From the NCBI GenBank assembly GCA_040376005.1, contig JBEIRK010000002.1, forward strand, positions 1 to 51,653: DNA of 51,653 bases, given 5' to 3'. The number at the start of each line of letters is the position of its first letter. Position 1 is the stretch's first letter. A model generated the notes under the pieces. It was given only the letters and a program-made list of their open reading frames with translations. It did no database searches and was not told the origin of the DNA. This stretch comes from Flavobacteriales bacterium. Its GTDB lineage: Bacteria; Bacteroidota; Bacteroidia; NS11-12g; UBA955. Shown here piece by piece: positions 1-8,862 of the stretch. Both the position numbers and the translations under genes were made by a program.

Positions 1-878
1 ATACAGTTTATGGAAGCCACTGGGTATCAGATGGTGTGATTGTTCCCGTATTTGCCGAGACATATTCTAGTTTTAGTGTTAATGCTTGGCAACATGCTGT
101 ACTGAGTTATGATAGTTCTTTTTCAAAACTTTATATGAATGGACAATTGGTTGATAGTGCAGCAGCACAAATGACTATCCCGAATGTGAGTTCTTTTAAT
201 TGTTTTATAGGTTCAATTTTACCATGGAGGTCGAAAAGAGAATATTTTAATGGTTTACTGGATGATATTGCCTTTTACGAAAGGGCATTGACGGGAAAAG
301 AGATATTTCAGTTGTACAATAATTGCGCAACCCCTGAGATTACCAGTCAACCTCAGAATCAACTCGTCGATTTGGGTTTGAATGCAACTTTTAACATTCA
401 AACGGCCTCAACTCCTTTTTCTTATCAATGGCAGTTAGATAGCGGAACAGGCTTCAAGAATTTAATTGATGCTGGACAGTACAGCGGAACGGGTACCGCG
501 ACTTTAAAGATTACCAATGTTCAATTAAATAATGATCAGCATCTTTTTAGATGCATTTTAAAGGATGGTAGTTGCGAAGATACTTCGGGTTCAGCAAAAC
601 TTGCTTTAAAAAATACTACATCTAGCAGGGGGGAAACCTTGTCTTCTGGAGTGACTTTTTTTCCAAACCCTACATCTTGTGAGGGACTTCATATAAAAGT
701 TAATGAATTACTTATTGGTTCATCTTTTCATATTTGTGATGCACTAGGAAATGAAATTTTTTCTGGGAATATAGCAAACACTGAAACATGGATAGACTTA
801 AAGGATTTTGAAAAGGGATTGTTTATCGTAACAATTTCTGATAAGACACCCGTTGTTTTTCGATTTATAAAAGTATAG
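1..878 (+). CDS. Exported LamG/ConA-like plus Ig-like domain protein with T9SS type-A C-terminal sorting domain (5' end cut by window edge)
   Basis: Frame 3 is open from nt 3 with no stop before the listed Met at 36, so the gene begins upstream of the window. It has a Laminin-G-like signature (WQHAVLSYD..LYMNGQLV..FNGLLDDIAFYERALTGKEI) and an Ig-like segment containing YQWQ. The last ~75 aa (FFPNPTS...LFIVTISD...FRFIKV) resemble Por/T9SS C-terminal domains. Confidence 0.6.
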   Translation, partial: TVYGSHWVSDGVIVPVFAETYSSFSVNAWQHAVLSYDSSFSKLYMNGQLVDSAAAQMTIPNVSSFNCFIGSILPWRSKREYFNGLLDDIAFYERALTGKEIFQLYNNCATPEITSQPQNQLVDLGLNATFNIQTASTPFSYQWQLDSGTGFKNLIDAGQYSGTGTATLKITNVQLNNDQHLFRCILKDGSCEDTSGSAKLALKNTTSSRGETLSSGVTFFPNPTSCEGLHIKVNELLIGSSFHICDALGNEIFSGNIANTETWIDLKDFEKGLFIVTISDKTPVVFRFIKV

Positions 879-1105
879 TGGTTGAATTCAAAATTTCAGC
901 CGCGGCATTATACGCGATGTAAGGCAATCGTATAGTTTGTATTCTTAAAGATTTGCTGTTTTTAGAATTCACTTGTTTTATTGTGAAAACGATTACTATC
1001 AAGTCTATGCGCTTTTTCCTTGCCGACGGACTAAGGAATGTGTAATTTCATTCCTATCCAAGAGTTTACCATTGCATTGAAAACTGCAAATGATGTAGCA
1101 TTAGT

Positions 1106-1180
1106 TGGTGACCCCGGCGAGAATCGAACTCACATCTAAAGTTTAGGAAACTTCTATTCTATCCGTTGAACTACGGGGTC
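1106..1180 (-). tRNA. tRNA-Arg (anticodon CCT)
   Basis: The reverse complement folds as a cloverleaf. Acceptor stem GACCCCG/CGGGGTC; D arm GTTC..GAAT; anticodon stem GAAGT/ACTTT with loop TTCCTAA (anticodon CCT); T arm GTGAG-TTCGATT-CTCGC; discriminator A and an encoded CCA. Confidence 0.85.
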
Positions 1181-1298
1181 AGGTCGGCAAAGATAATTTG
1201 GATTTGAGAAAACCCGCACAGTTGAATTGAAAATACGGAAAGCCAGGCGGGGTGGTGGTGCTTGTGAACCATATGCGGCGGTTTTTATGCAATTCCAA

Positions 1299-1306
1299 TA
1301 TATTTG
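1299..1306 (+). promoter_or_regulatory. Bacteroidota-type -7 promoter box (TATATTTG) for dtd
   Basis: Exact match to the TAnnTTTG consensus, only 4 nt before ATG 1311. This suggests a leaderless or very short-leader mRNA, possibly starting translation at the second ATG (1317, MVIQRV...). Confidence 0.35.
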
Positions 1307-1310
1307 AACC

Positions 1311-1760
1311 ATGCGAATGGTCATACAGCGGGTATTGAATGCTGAGGTTGCTATAGAGGGCAAGGTGCATGCAAACATTGGCCCAGGGTTGCTGGTGTTG
1401 GTAGGGTTTGAGGCTGAAGATAATGCTGCAACTTTGGAGAAAATGGCCCATAAATTGGTAAAAATGCGTTTGTTCGGTGATGCCGAAGGTAAAATGAATT
1501 TGGATATACAGCAGGTGCAAGGAGAGTTGCTGATTGTGAGTCAGTTTACCCTGTATGCCGACATTAAAAAGGGAAATAGACCCTCTTTTATTCAGGCGGC
1601 CCCGCCAGCAGTTGCCGAAGCGTTATATACGCAGTTTGTGGCTGTGTGCGAACAAGTTCTGGGACGCAACATTTCTACAGGAGTGTTTGGAGCTGACATG
1701 AAAGTGCGCTTGCTGAACGACGGTCCTGTAACCATTATGGCAGACAGCAACAACCTATAA
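1311..1760 (+). CDS. dtd: D-aminoacyl-tRNA deacylase
   Basis: 149 aa with hallmark Dtd motifs: (M)VIQRV N-terminus, SQFTLYAD, NDGPVTI near the C-terminus. Length is typical. Confidence 0.9.
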   Translation: MRMVIQRVLNAEVAIEGKVHANIGPGLLVLVGFEAEDNAATLEKMAHKLVKMRLFGDAEGKMNLDIQQVQGELLIVSQFTLYADIKKGNRPSFIQAAPPAVAEALYTQFVAVCEQVLGRNISTGVFGADMKVRLLNDGPVTIMADSNNL

Positions 1761-1781
1761 TAGGTTGGAATTATACTCGGA

Positions 1782-2615
1782 TTATTCGGCCGCGGGCAGC
1801 AGTAGGTTGTCGATGAGGCGCACGCCTTCGAGATAGCCGGCAAATACCAGTGCTTGTCGTGCATGCGGATTTCGCTGCATGCTCCGTTCAAAGGAAGGAA
1901 GGTTTAGTAGGGCAAGATATTCTGTTTCTATACTCTCTCCGAGGAGCAAGCGCACGGAATCTTGGATTTCTAGGACTATTTCAGTGCCGCTGTTGGCAAT
2001 TCGGGCCAATTCTCTATAGATGGCAGCCGCCTGCAACAAACCTTGCTTAGAGAGCCTCTGGTTGCGTGAGCTTTTGGCAAGTCCTGAGGTTTCGCGGAGT
2101 GTGGGACAGTTGTGTTGTATGATAGAAGGGAAGTGTGTGGCGATAAGTTTTTCGATCACCATACATTGTTGCAGGTCTTTAAGTCCGAAGAAGACGTGAT
2201 TTGGCTTGACAATAGAAAAGAAGCTATGGACCACATCGGCTACCCCTTGGAAGTGACCGGGACGGAATTCACCTTCAAAAACGCCGTTTAGGTTGCCTAA
2301 ATCCAGTTGAATCTGGGCTTCAGAGGCATAGATTTGGTCGGAATTGGGTATAAAAACGGAGGTAGCACCAGAATTTTCAAGAATTTTTAGGTCTTGGACC
2401 AACTGTCGGGGGTACTTAAACAAATCGTCGACATTGTTGAACTGTCTGGGGTTCACAAATATACTTACCACCACCTCTTGGCATAGGGCTGCTGCCTGCG
2501 CTACCAGTGAAACGTGGCCTTCATGTAGGGCTCCCATAGTGGGAACAAAGCCGATAGGCTTTGCGGCCTGCTGGAGATGATTTTCCAGTGTCTGTCTATA
2601 GTGAAAAACTTTCAA
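1782..2615 (-). CDS. panC: Pantoate--beta-alanine ligase
   Basis: 277 aa. The PTMGALHEGHVSLV (HIGH-type) motif and overall PanC layout are present. Confidence 0.92.
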   Translation of the reverse strand: MKVFHYRQTLENHLQQAAKPIGFVPTMGALHEGHVSLVAQAAALCQEVVVSIFVNPRQFNNVDDLFKYPRQLVQDLKILENSGATSVFIPNSDQIYASEAQIQLDLGNLNGVFEGEFRPGHFQGVADVVHSFFSIVKPNHVFFGLKDLQQCMVIEKLIATHFPSIIQHNCPTLRETSGLAKSSRNQRLSKQGLLQAAAIYRELARIANSGTEIVLEIQDSVRLLLGESIETEYLALLNLPSFERSMQRNPHARQALVFAGYLEGVRLIDNLLLPAAE

Positions 2616-2690
2616 TTATGCAAGTGCTAAATTCCTTGCAAATAAAGGGTTTTCTTGCATTTGCATTTTGAGAAGTTGCGAAAATAGTGT

Positions 2691-2698
2691 TATTTTTG
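2691..2698 (+). promoter_or_regulatory. -7 promoter box (TATTTTTG) for the glycogen-synthase-like gene
   Basis: TAnnTTTG match 29 nt before ATG 2727, in the divergent panC/glycogen-synthase spacer. Confidence 0.35.
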
Positions 2699-2726
2699 TA
2701 GTCTCAAAATACAGCAGAGAAACAAT

Positions 2727-3542
2727 ATGAGTAATCCTAAGAAAAGAGTTCTGTTTGTAAGTTCCGAAATGTCCCCCTTCCTTGATGAGTCTCCCCTTGC
2801 AAATCTTGCGCGTACACTTCCGCAGGCATTGCAGGAACGCGACAATGAAATCAGAGTGCTGGTGCCACGTTTTGGGGTTATCAACGAAAGAAGAAACCGT
2901 CTTCATGAAGTAGTGCGTTTGTCTGGTATCAATATTTCCATTGATGACAACGACAATCCGCTTATCATCAAGGTGGCTTCCATCCCTCAGACCAAGATGC
3001 AGGTGTATTTCCTGGATAATGAGGATTATTTCCACCGCAAAGCTGTGTACAGTGACGAGTCAGGCAAGTTTTTTGCCGACAATGACGAACGTACCATCTT
3101 CTTCTGCAAAGGCGTTATGGAAACGGTGAAGAAGCTAGGCTGGGCCCCAGACATTATCCACTGTCAAGGTTGGATGACCTCATTGATTCCATTGTATCTG
3201 AAAACCATTTACAAGAATGAACCTGTGTTCCGCAATGCGAAAGTGATTTATAGCCTGCACAATGAGGGTGACAACTTCCAAAATTTGGGAGCTGATTTTG
3301 CCCGCAAAGCAAGCTTGAACACCATTGAGCAAGAACAAATGGGTTCTTTTAATGATGCAGATTTAACAGGCTTGCACATTGGCGCGGTAACCCACGCTGA
3401 TGCTGTAGTTACACTGGAAGATAAGGTGGATCTTACCTTGGGTGATCACCTGAATTCAAAACCAACCATGCGCCACACCGATGAAGGTTTTGAAGAACAG
3501 TATGTAACTTTTTATGAGCAATTAATGTCTCAGGTGAACTGA
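2727..3542 (+). CDS. Short glycogen/starch-synthase-family protein (Glyco_transf_5-like catalytic domain only)
   Basis: The N-terminus KRVLFVSSEMSPF matches starch-synthase catalytic domains. The ~270-aa form next to panC and a DUF4270-like gene is, as I recall, a conserved Bacteroidota arrangement. Confidence 0.7.
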   Translation: MSNPKKRVLFVSSEMSPFLDESPLANLARTLPQALQERDNEIRVLVPRFGVINERRNRLHEVVRLSGINISIDDNDNPLIIKVASIPQTKMQVYFLDNEDYFHRKAVYSDESGKFFADNDERTIFFCKGVMETVKKLGWAPDIIHCQGWMTSLIPLYLKTIYKNEPVFRNAKVIYSLHNEGDNFQNLGADFARKASLNTIEQEQMGSFNDADLTGLHIGAVTHADAVVTLEDKVDLTLGDHLNSKPTMRHTDEGFEEQYVTFYEQLMSQVN

Positions 3543-3560
3543 AAACATTTTATTTGCATC

Positions 3561-4880
3561 GTGAAACCGGTATATATATGGCTCCTGTTCGTAGCAGGAG
3601 CTTTTTTTTCCTGTAAGAAACAGGACGGCAATATTGTCTTAGACGGCCAGGGAGATGGCTCTGAGTACGCTATTGCGCGAACAGATACGCTTACCCTTAT
3701 TACCGGCACCGTTCCGGAGGATTCGCTTCCAGCCAATGGCCTGCCTTATACCCTTATTGGGAATATGACAGACCCCTTGCTCGGAAAAACTACAGCAAAT
3801 GCGTTTGCAAGTTTGTTGTTGCTTGAACCCGCATCCGACTTTCCCAATACCGAAGAACCAGACTCGGCCGTATTGTTCATCCCCATGATTGAGGGCCTGA
3901 ATTTTTATGGCGATAGACAGGCATCGCAGATATGGAAGGTATTTCCTATGAATACGGTGATCAAGAGCAGCTCGGTCTACTACCAAGGTTTTGAACCCGA
4001 GTATGATGAAACGCAACCCTCTGTGTTCAAAGGAAGGGTTTACAACAGCACCCCGGACTCTGTTCGCTACAAAAAGGGAAAGATTCAACAACGCGCTGGT
4101 GTGCAGATTAAACTGAGCATGGACATGGCTAAAAAACTGATGTCTTTGCCAAAAACTGCGTATCAAAGCGATGAAGGATTGTCTGCACAGCTTCCGGGCC
4201 TAGCCATTATCCCTCAGGACAATGATTTGCCAGCTGGATCTGGTGGCATTGGTGTATTTAGCTTCAGTGCTACTGGCAATTTGGGAGATAAAGCCCACAT
4301 TCGATTGTATTACAGAGATACAGAAACCTTTGTATTTACTTTTGGCGGCGCTTCGCGCACGGTGACAAAAGGCAAACTGGGAAGCTACCCCGCGCAGGTG
4401 CAAGAGCAACTGTTGCAGCGCGGTAGTGACTTTACCACTACCTATGTGCAGAGCTTAAGTGGCCTCAAAACTTGGATTCAAATTCCGTATTTGCGCAACA
4501 TCACCGGAGGTGAAAATGTGGCGATCAACAAGGCTGAAATTGTATTTTACCTAGATAAGAGTAAGAATACAGGAAGTTTCTTCGCACCCCCAAGGCTGAA
4601 TTTGTTTCGCCCGATTCGCCCCAACAGTTTGAGAAACTTTGTGATATCGGATGCCCAATATCCGAGTTATGGTGGCGTCTATAACGAATTGGATGGATCG
4701 TATACCTTCCGCATTACACGCCATGTGCAAGATGTATTCAATGCTTGGTACCTCAAGGGTAACGATATAAATTACGGTTTGTTCTTGGCGGTACCTACTG
4801 CAGAGCCGGTGCTGTCTGGTCGCGCTGCAATAGATCAAACGCGAACGGAGATTCGTATTACCTATACAAAACTAAATTAA
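3561..4880 (+). CDS. DUF4270-like lipoprotein
   Basis: GTG start and a lipobox (GAFFSC). The 439-aa beta-rich protein sits in the position that DUF4270 proteins occupy downstream of the short glycogen synthase. The family call is from memory of synteny, not a search. Confidence 0.5.
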   Translation: MKPVYIWLLFVAGAFFSCKKQDGNIVLDGQGDGSEYAIARTDTLTLITGTVPEDSLPANGLPYTLIGNMTDPLLGKTTANAFASLLLLEPASDFPNTEEPDSAVLFIPMIEGLNFYGDRQASQIWKVFPMNTVIKSSSVYYQGFEPEYDETQPSVFKGRVYNSTPDSVRYKKGKIQQRAGVQIKLSMDMAKKLMSLPKTAYQSDEGLSAQLPGLAIIPQDNDLPAGSGGIGVFSFSATGNLGDKAHIRLYYRDTETFVFTFGGASRTVTKGKLGSYPAQVQEQLLQRGSDFTTTYVQSLSGLKTWIQIPYLRNITGGENVAINKAEIVFYLDKSKNTGSFFAPPRLNLFRPIRPNSLRNFVISDAQYPSYGGVYNELDGSYTFRITRHVQDVFNAWYLKGNDINYGLFLAVPTAEPVLSGRAAIDQTRTEIRITYTKLN

Positions 4881-4901
4881 CCCAAATTTGTTATAACAAC
4901 A

Positions 4902-5768
4902 ATGGAGAGCAGAAAGCCCTATCAGCTGGTTAGCCGCGAATGGAAACCTGAAAATACTGTTTTCGAACTCAATGGTGTCCGTATCGGCGAAGATCTTATG
5001 ATGATTGCTGGTCCCTGCGCTGTTGAAAATGAAGAGCAAATTTTTACGATAAGCGAATTCATTTCTAAATTGGGTGTTCGCTTTCTGCGCGGTGGAGCTT
5101 ACAAACCTCGCACAAGTCCTTACTCTTTTCAAGGACTGAAAACAGAAGGTTTGGTTATGATGCGCCAAGCGGCGGATAAGTACAATCTGTCGGTTGTAAC
5201 TGAAATCATGAGCATAGATAGGCTTGATGAACTCTGTGAATATGCGGATGTTCTTCAAGTAGGAACGCGCAATATGCAAAATTACCCTCTCTTGCGCGCC
5301 CTGGGTAAGGCCAATAAACCTGTACTGCTTAAGCGTGGTATGAGCAGCACCATTGAAGAATGGCTCTTGGCTGCTGAATATATTTTGTCCGGCGGAAACA
5401 GCCGTATTATTCTTTGTGAACGCGGCATACGCACCTTTGAAAACGCTACGCGAAATACCTTGGACTTAAGTGCTGTGGCCATGGTAAAGCAAATTTGTCA
5501 TCTTCCAGTTATTGTAGATCCAAGTCAAGCAACAGGGGTGCGTAATTTGGTGCCACCTATGTCTATGGCCGCAATAGCAGCGGGTGCAGATGGGCTTATT
5601 GTAGAAGTTCACAACCAGCCAGAAGAGGCATTAAGTGATGGAGATCAAAGCTTGTATTTGGATCAATTTAACAAACTCCTCGATCCTCTGCGCAAAACAG
5701 GAGCTGTGGTAAACCGTCATTTTGACTTTGATTTACCGAGAATTACACAATCTGAATTTGCGAATTAA
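4902..5768 (+). CDS. 3-deoxy-7-phosphoheptulonate (DAHP) synthase, type I-beta
   Basis: Motifs GPCAVE, LRGGAYKPRTSPYSFQG, VGTRNMQN, CERGIRTF, IVEVH and SDGDQ are all present. The expected DPSH motif reads DPSQ (see findings). Confidence 0.85.
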   Translation: MESRKPYQLVSREWKPENTVFELNGVRIGEDLMMIAGPCAVENEEQIFTISEFISKLGVRFLRGGAYKPRTSPYSFQGLKTEGLVMMRQAADKYNLSVVTEIMSIDRLDELCEYADVLQVGTRNMQNYPLLRALGKANKPVLLKRGMSSTIEEWLLAAEYILSGGNSRIILCERGIRTFENATRNTLDLSAVAMVKQICHLPVIVDPSQATGVRNLVPPMSMAAIAAGADGLIVEVHNQPEEALSDGDQSLYLDQFNKLLDPLRKTGAVVNRHFDFDLPRITQSEFAN

Positions 5769-5787
5769 TTCGCGGGGCTGATTGCAA

Positions 5788-8700
5788 TTATTCTATCAAA
5801 TTCCAATCGGAATCCAAATTTTCACTGCGACTTGTGGGTTTTTGTTTGCCCTCTGAGAGTCTTTCCACTTCGCTAAATACATAGGCCTTAAGCTCATTGA
5901 TGCTCACCGTGCTGTGTGATTTTAAATAATTCAATACGGCATAGGTAAAGTATCCATTTTTATAAGCGTCGCCTTCTAATGCGGCTTGGTCACCGCCTGC
6001 TGCCGAAATTATGGTGGCACCACATCCCTTAGAAACGTTTAAGAACAATTCCTGCATGAGTTCAAAGCTGTTCTTTAAACCCAGTGCGCTAGAATTCGCA
6101 GACACTACCCTGATTTTGCTGCCTTTTTCTTGATTATTTTGGGCCAATATAGCAGCCGTATCTTCCATTATTTTTACCTCCGCTTTGTCAATCTCTCCGC
6201 TGTGGCAGGCATCTATGAGCATGAGTTTCTTTCTTGCTGGAATGCTGTCTAAAAGCCATTCTAAATCGCTGTAAGGTATGCCTCCTTCTTGGGGTTGGTC
6301 AAAATTAACCTTGTAGGAAGAAAGAAAATAGTTGAAATTGCTGTCCAACAAACCATGGCCTGAATAAGAGATTATTACTTTGTCGTCTATCTGCGAGTTT
6401 GTGAGTTTCTTTTTTAATTCTAAAATATTCTCTCGTGTTACATGTTGATTGAAAAGGGTATCAATTTCAATGGCATTTCCATATTCCTTTTTCAATACAG
6501 TTGCCAAATCCCGAATGTCTTTTACCGAATATTTTAAATCTTTTCCAGCTTGCGCATAGTGGTCTATGCCTATACCGATGAAATACAGGTTGCTCTTGGG
6601 CTTATTTGTTGTAGACTGCTGAATCGGAATACTGATTCTGTATGATTCAGCGCCCTTTTGATTCATGCAAGAGAATTGTATTTTATTCTTCCCAGCAGAT
6701 AGGGGAATGGCGCAGGAAATGGTATCTATGGTGGTGTTTTGCTGGCGCAATGAAACACCTTGAACGCCGTAAATAGGCACATTGTTTACCCAAATATTAT
6801 ATCGGTCTACAGGGTACTTACTGTCGCTTACAACAAAAGTAAAAGCCTGGCTGCCTGCATTGGTTTCTGCAGGTATGGTAGACAGCTGTAATACTTTTAA
6901 TTCTGGCAAGTGAAAGTCAGCGTTGAGCATACTTTCATTGAAGCCCATTTTTTCAATTCTTTTGAGATAGGCTTTTTTATAGGCATCAATCAGACTCTGG
7001 CTAGCATATCCGAGCCTTTGTAATACAATATCAGGGCGGTTATAAAAGGGGTCAAATTGTTCTGGAAGGAAAAATTGTGTTCCCATTTTGAACCCAAAAG
7101 ACTGCATGCGTTTGCTCGACAACATGTAGTAATTGTCAGGAGTAATGGCTACGTAGTCTTCAATCCCTACCGGAATTATCGTTACCTTTAATTTGGATGA
7201 AGCGGGGTCCCAAATGCGTATACTGCCATCTATGCTGCTAGAAATGAGTATGTTTTTAATAGGGCTATAGCAAATTTTAGTAACAGAATCCAAATGTCCA
7301 ATGTGGGGAGGGCGAACCCAAATACTATCCCCACGCAGCGAGGCTGTGTAGATGTGGTTGTTTGCATCTGTAAAAGCAAATTCATTTTCACCTAGCGGGA
7401 AAATATTCTTCACCCCATTCCTAGAGGCAGTGTGCCATTCGCCATTGTGAATGTTATAGATACAAATTTCTTGCTTATTGTAGCCCGCAAGCATACTTGA
7501 ATTGAAGTAAACAAAGGTTTCAATATCTCTTTCTAAGCGTATCTTTTTATAATATATGCGACGGATATTATTGTCGCGTATTTTCCAAATAACAAATTCT
7601 CGTGTATTCACGCTGCTGAGTAAAACACTGTCATTGAGAAAGAGTATGTTGGAATTTCCATCATGGTCTTTTACATACAGTTTAGGCGATAGTTTTATTC
7701 TATTGTTCTCTTTAATCTCAGCAATTCTTAAATATTTCGGAATGAATTTATTGCGAATTCCAAAGTAGGCAAAGCGATTTGAATTGCCATTGCCAGCGAT
7801 ATGATAATACTCGCTATACGGCGCCTGGTATAGGTTTAGGGTTTGGGTAAAGAATCTGTGAATGGGCGGTTTTGCACCGAATTTAATATTGCGTATGCAT
7901 TCCACATCCTTGCCTTGTATTACCCTAAGTACATTGTCTTCTCCTGCAATGATGTGTTTGCTATCATTGAGTTCAACGATGTGATTTAAGGGATAAATGT
8001 ATTGTCTTTGACTGCTGATTTTCAATTTGGATTCTGTAATTGAAAGTGATTTAAGATATCCAATTTCATCACCAAATAGCACTTGCGATCCCTTTGAATT
8101 TGTGGCAACACTGTACAGTGGAAAGTTGAGCCCCGTGTAGCGCGCTACTTGTTGGTAGGTGCTCAATTGCCACTTAATAATAGAACGATCCGCAGAAACG
8201 GAGAAGAGGTATTGTTGGTCGCTGCTGAGAGCAATCTCATTGGCTCCAGAATTGTGCCCTTTCAGCTGTTTTACGAGTTTGTAATTTGCATCGAAGACAT
8301 AAATGTGTCCATCCTCGCAAGCGGCCAGGTACAGCTTATTTGCAGTAGAATACAGAATACTATTAAAAGGTTGGTCAAAGTAATCCGAAGTGCGTGTTTT
8401 CAGGATTTTGGCACTATTGGAGTCCTGCCAAGTGATTTTGGCTCCATCGATGCGGTATTGGATGCCATTGTGAAAGCCATTGGTTTTATTGGGTTGTCGG
8501 GGCCACATGGTGGGCGCTGAGTCTGAATAATTCATGGTAGCTATACTCAATGCTTTCTGCGTGTAATTCGCGCCGAGGTAGAGGTAGTTAGAATGCGCTG
8601 AGAATTGTAAATATTCTGGATAAAAATCAATATATTTAAATGCAATTTGACTCCCTGATTTATAGTCCCAAATAATAATTTTATAGTCTTTCCCGAAGGT

Positions 8701-8862
8701 GGCAATAAATCTGTTATCCGTGGATAGGGCTATGCGCATGATGTCCTTCGCATGGCCTTGTTGAAAGGCTACTTCCACTTTGTTGTTCTGCGCCTTTATT
8801 CCCGCATGAAAGGTGAGAAATAATATAAAAAGTAGTGCTATATTCTTAAGGGATTTGCACAT
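5788..8862 (-). CDS. Exported WD40 beta-propeller / Ig-like / caspase-like (peptidase C14) fusion protein
   Basis: Signal peptide MCKSLKNIALLFILFLTFHAGIKAQ. Several WD40-type repeats are visible (..FGKDYKIIIWD, LKGHNSGANEIALS..SADRSIIKWQ, GHLDSVTKICYSP..SSIDGSIRIWD). The C-terminal ~260 aa contain YSGHG (His codon 6355-6357) and LIDACHSG (Cys codon 6205-6207). Confidence 0.75.
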   Translation of the reverse strand: MCKSLKNIALLFILFLTFHAGIKAQNNKVEVAFQQGHAKDIMRIALSTDNRFIATFGKDYKIIIWDYKSGSQIAFKYIDFYPEYLQFSAHSNYLYLGANYTQKALSIATMNYSDSAPTMWPRQPNKTNGFHNGIQYRIDGAKITWQDSNSAKILKTRTSDYFDQPFNSILYSTANKLYLAACEDGHIYVFDANYKLVKQLKGHNSGANEIALSSDQQYLFSVSADRSIIKWQLSTYQQVARYTGLNFPLYSVATNSKGSQVLFGDEIGYLKSLSITESKLKISSQRQYIYPLNHIVELNDSKHIIAGEDNVLRVIQGKDVECIRNIKFGAKPPIHRFFTQTLNLYQAPYSEYYHIAGNGNSNRFAYFGIRNKFIPKYLRIAEIKENNRIKLSPKLYVKDHDGNSNILFLNDSVLLSSVNTREFVIWKIRDNNIRRIYYKKIRLERDIETFVYFNSSMLAGYNKQEICIYNIHNGEWHTASRNGVKNIFPLGENEFAFTDANNHIYTASLRGDSIWVRPPHIGHLDSVTKICYSPIKNILISSSIDGSIRIWDPASSKLKVTIIPVGIEDYVAITPDNYYMLSSKRMQSFGFKMGTQFFLPEQFDPFYNRPDIVLQRLGYASQSLIDAYKKAYLKRIEKMGFNESMLNADFHLPELKVLQLSTIPAETNAGSQAFTFVVSDSKYPVDRYNIWVNNVPIYGVQGVSLRQQNTTIDTISCAIPLSAGKNKIQFSCMNQKGAESYRISIPIQQSTTNKPKSNLYFIGIGIDHYAQAGKDLKYSVKDIRDLATVLKKEYGNAIEIDTLFNQHVTRENILELKKKLTNSQIDDKVIISYSGHGLLDSNFNYFLSSYKVNFDQPQEGGIPYSDLEWLLDSIPARKKLMLIDACHSGEIDKAEVKIMEDTAAILAQNNQEKGSKIRVVSANSSALGLKNSFELMQELFLNVSKGCGATIISAAGGDQAALEGDAYKNGYFTYAVLNYLKSHSTVSINELKAYVFSEVERLSEGKQKPTSRSENLDSDWNLIE

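Noticed and set aside
1106-1180. tRNA-Arg as the attachment site of a genomic island or prophage
   Set aside because: I recognised no integrase, excisionase or phage genes, and I did not spot a direct repeat of the tRNA 3' end elsewhere in the window. The AT-rich caspase cluster is 4.6 kb away, with housekeeping genes in between.
1154-1520. 74-aa and 113-aa minus-strand ORFs
   Set aside because: They overlap the tRNA-Arg gene and the dtd coding region and have no supporting features.
2616-3035. 139-aa minus-strand ORF next to panC
   Set aside because: It covers the divergent promoter spacer and runs antisense into the glycogen-synthase-like gene. The composition looks like a chance frame.
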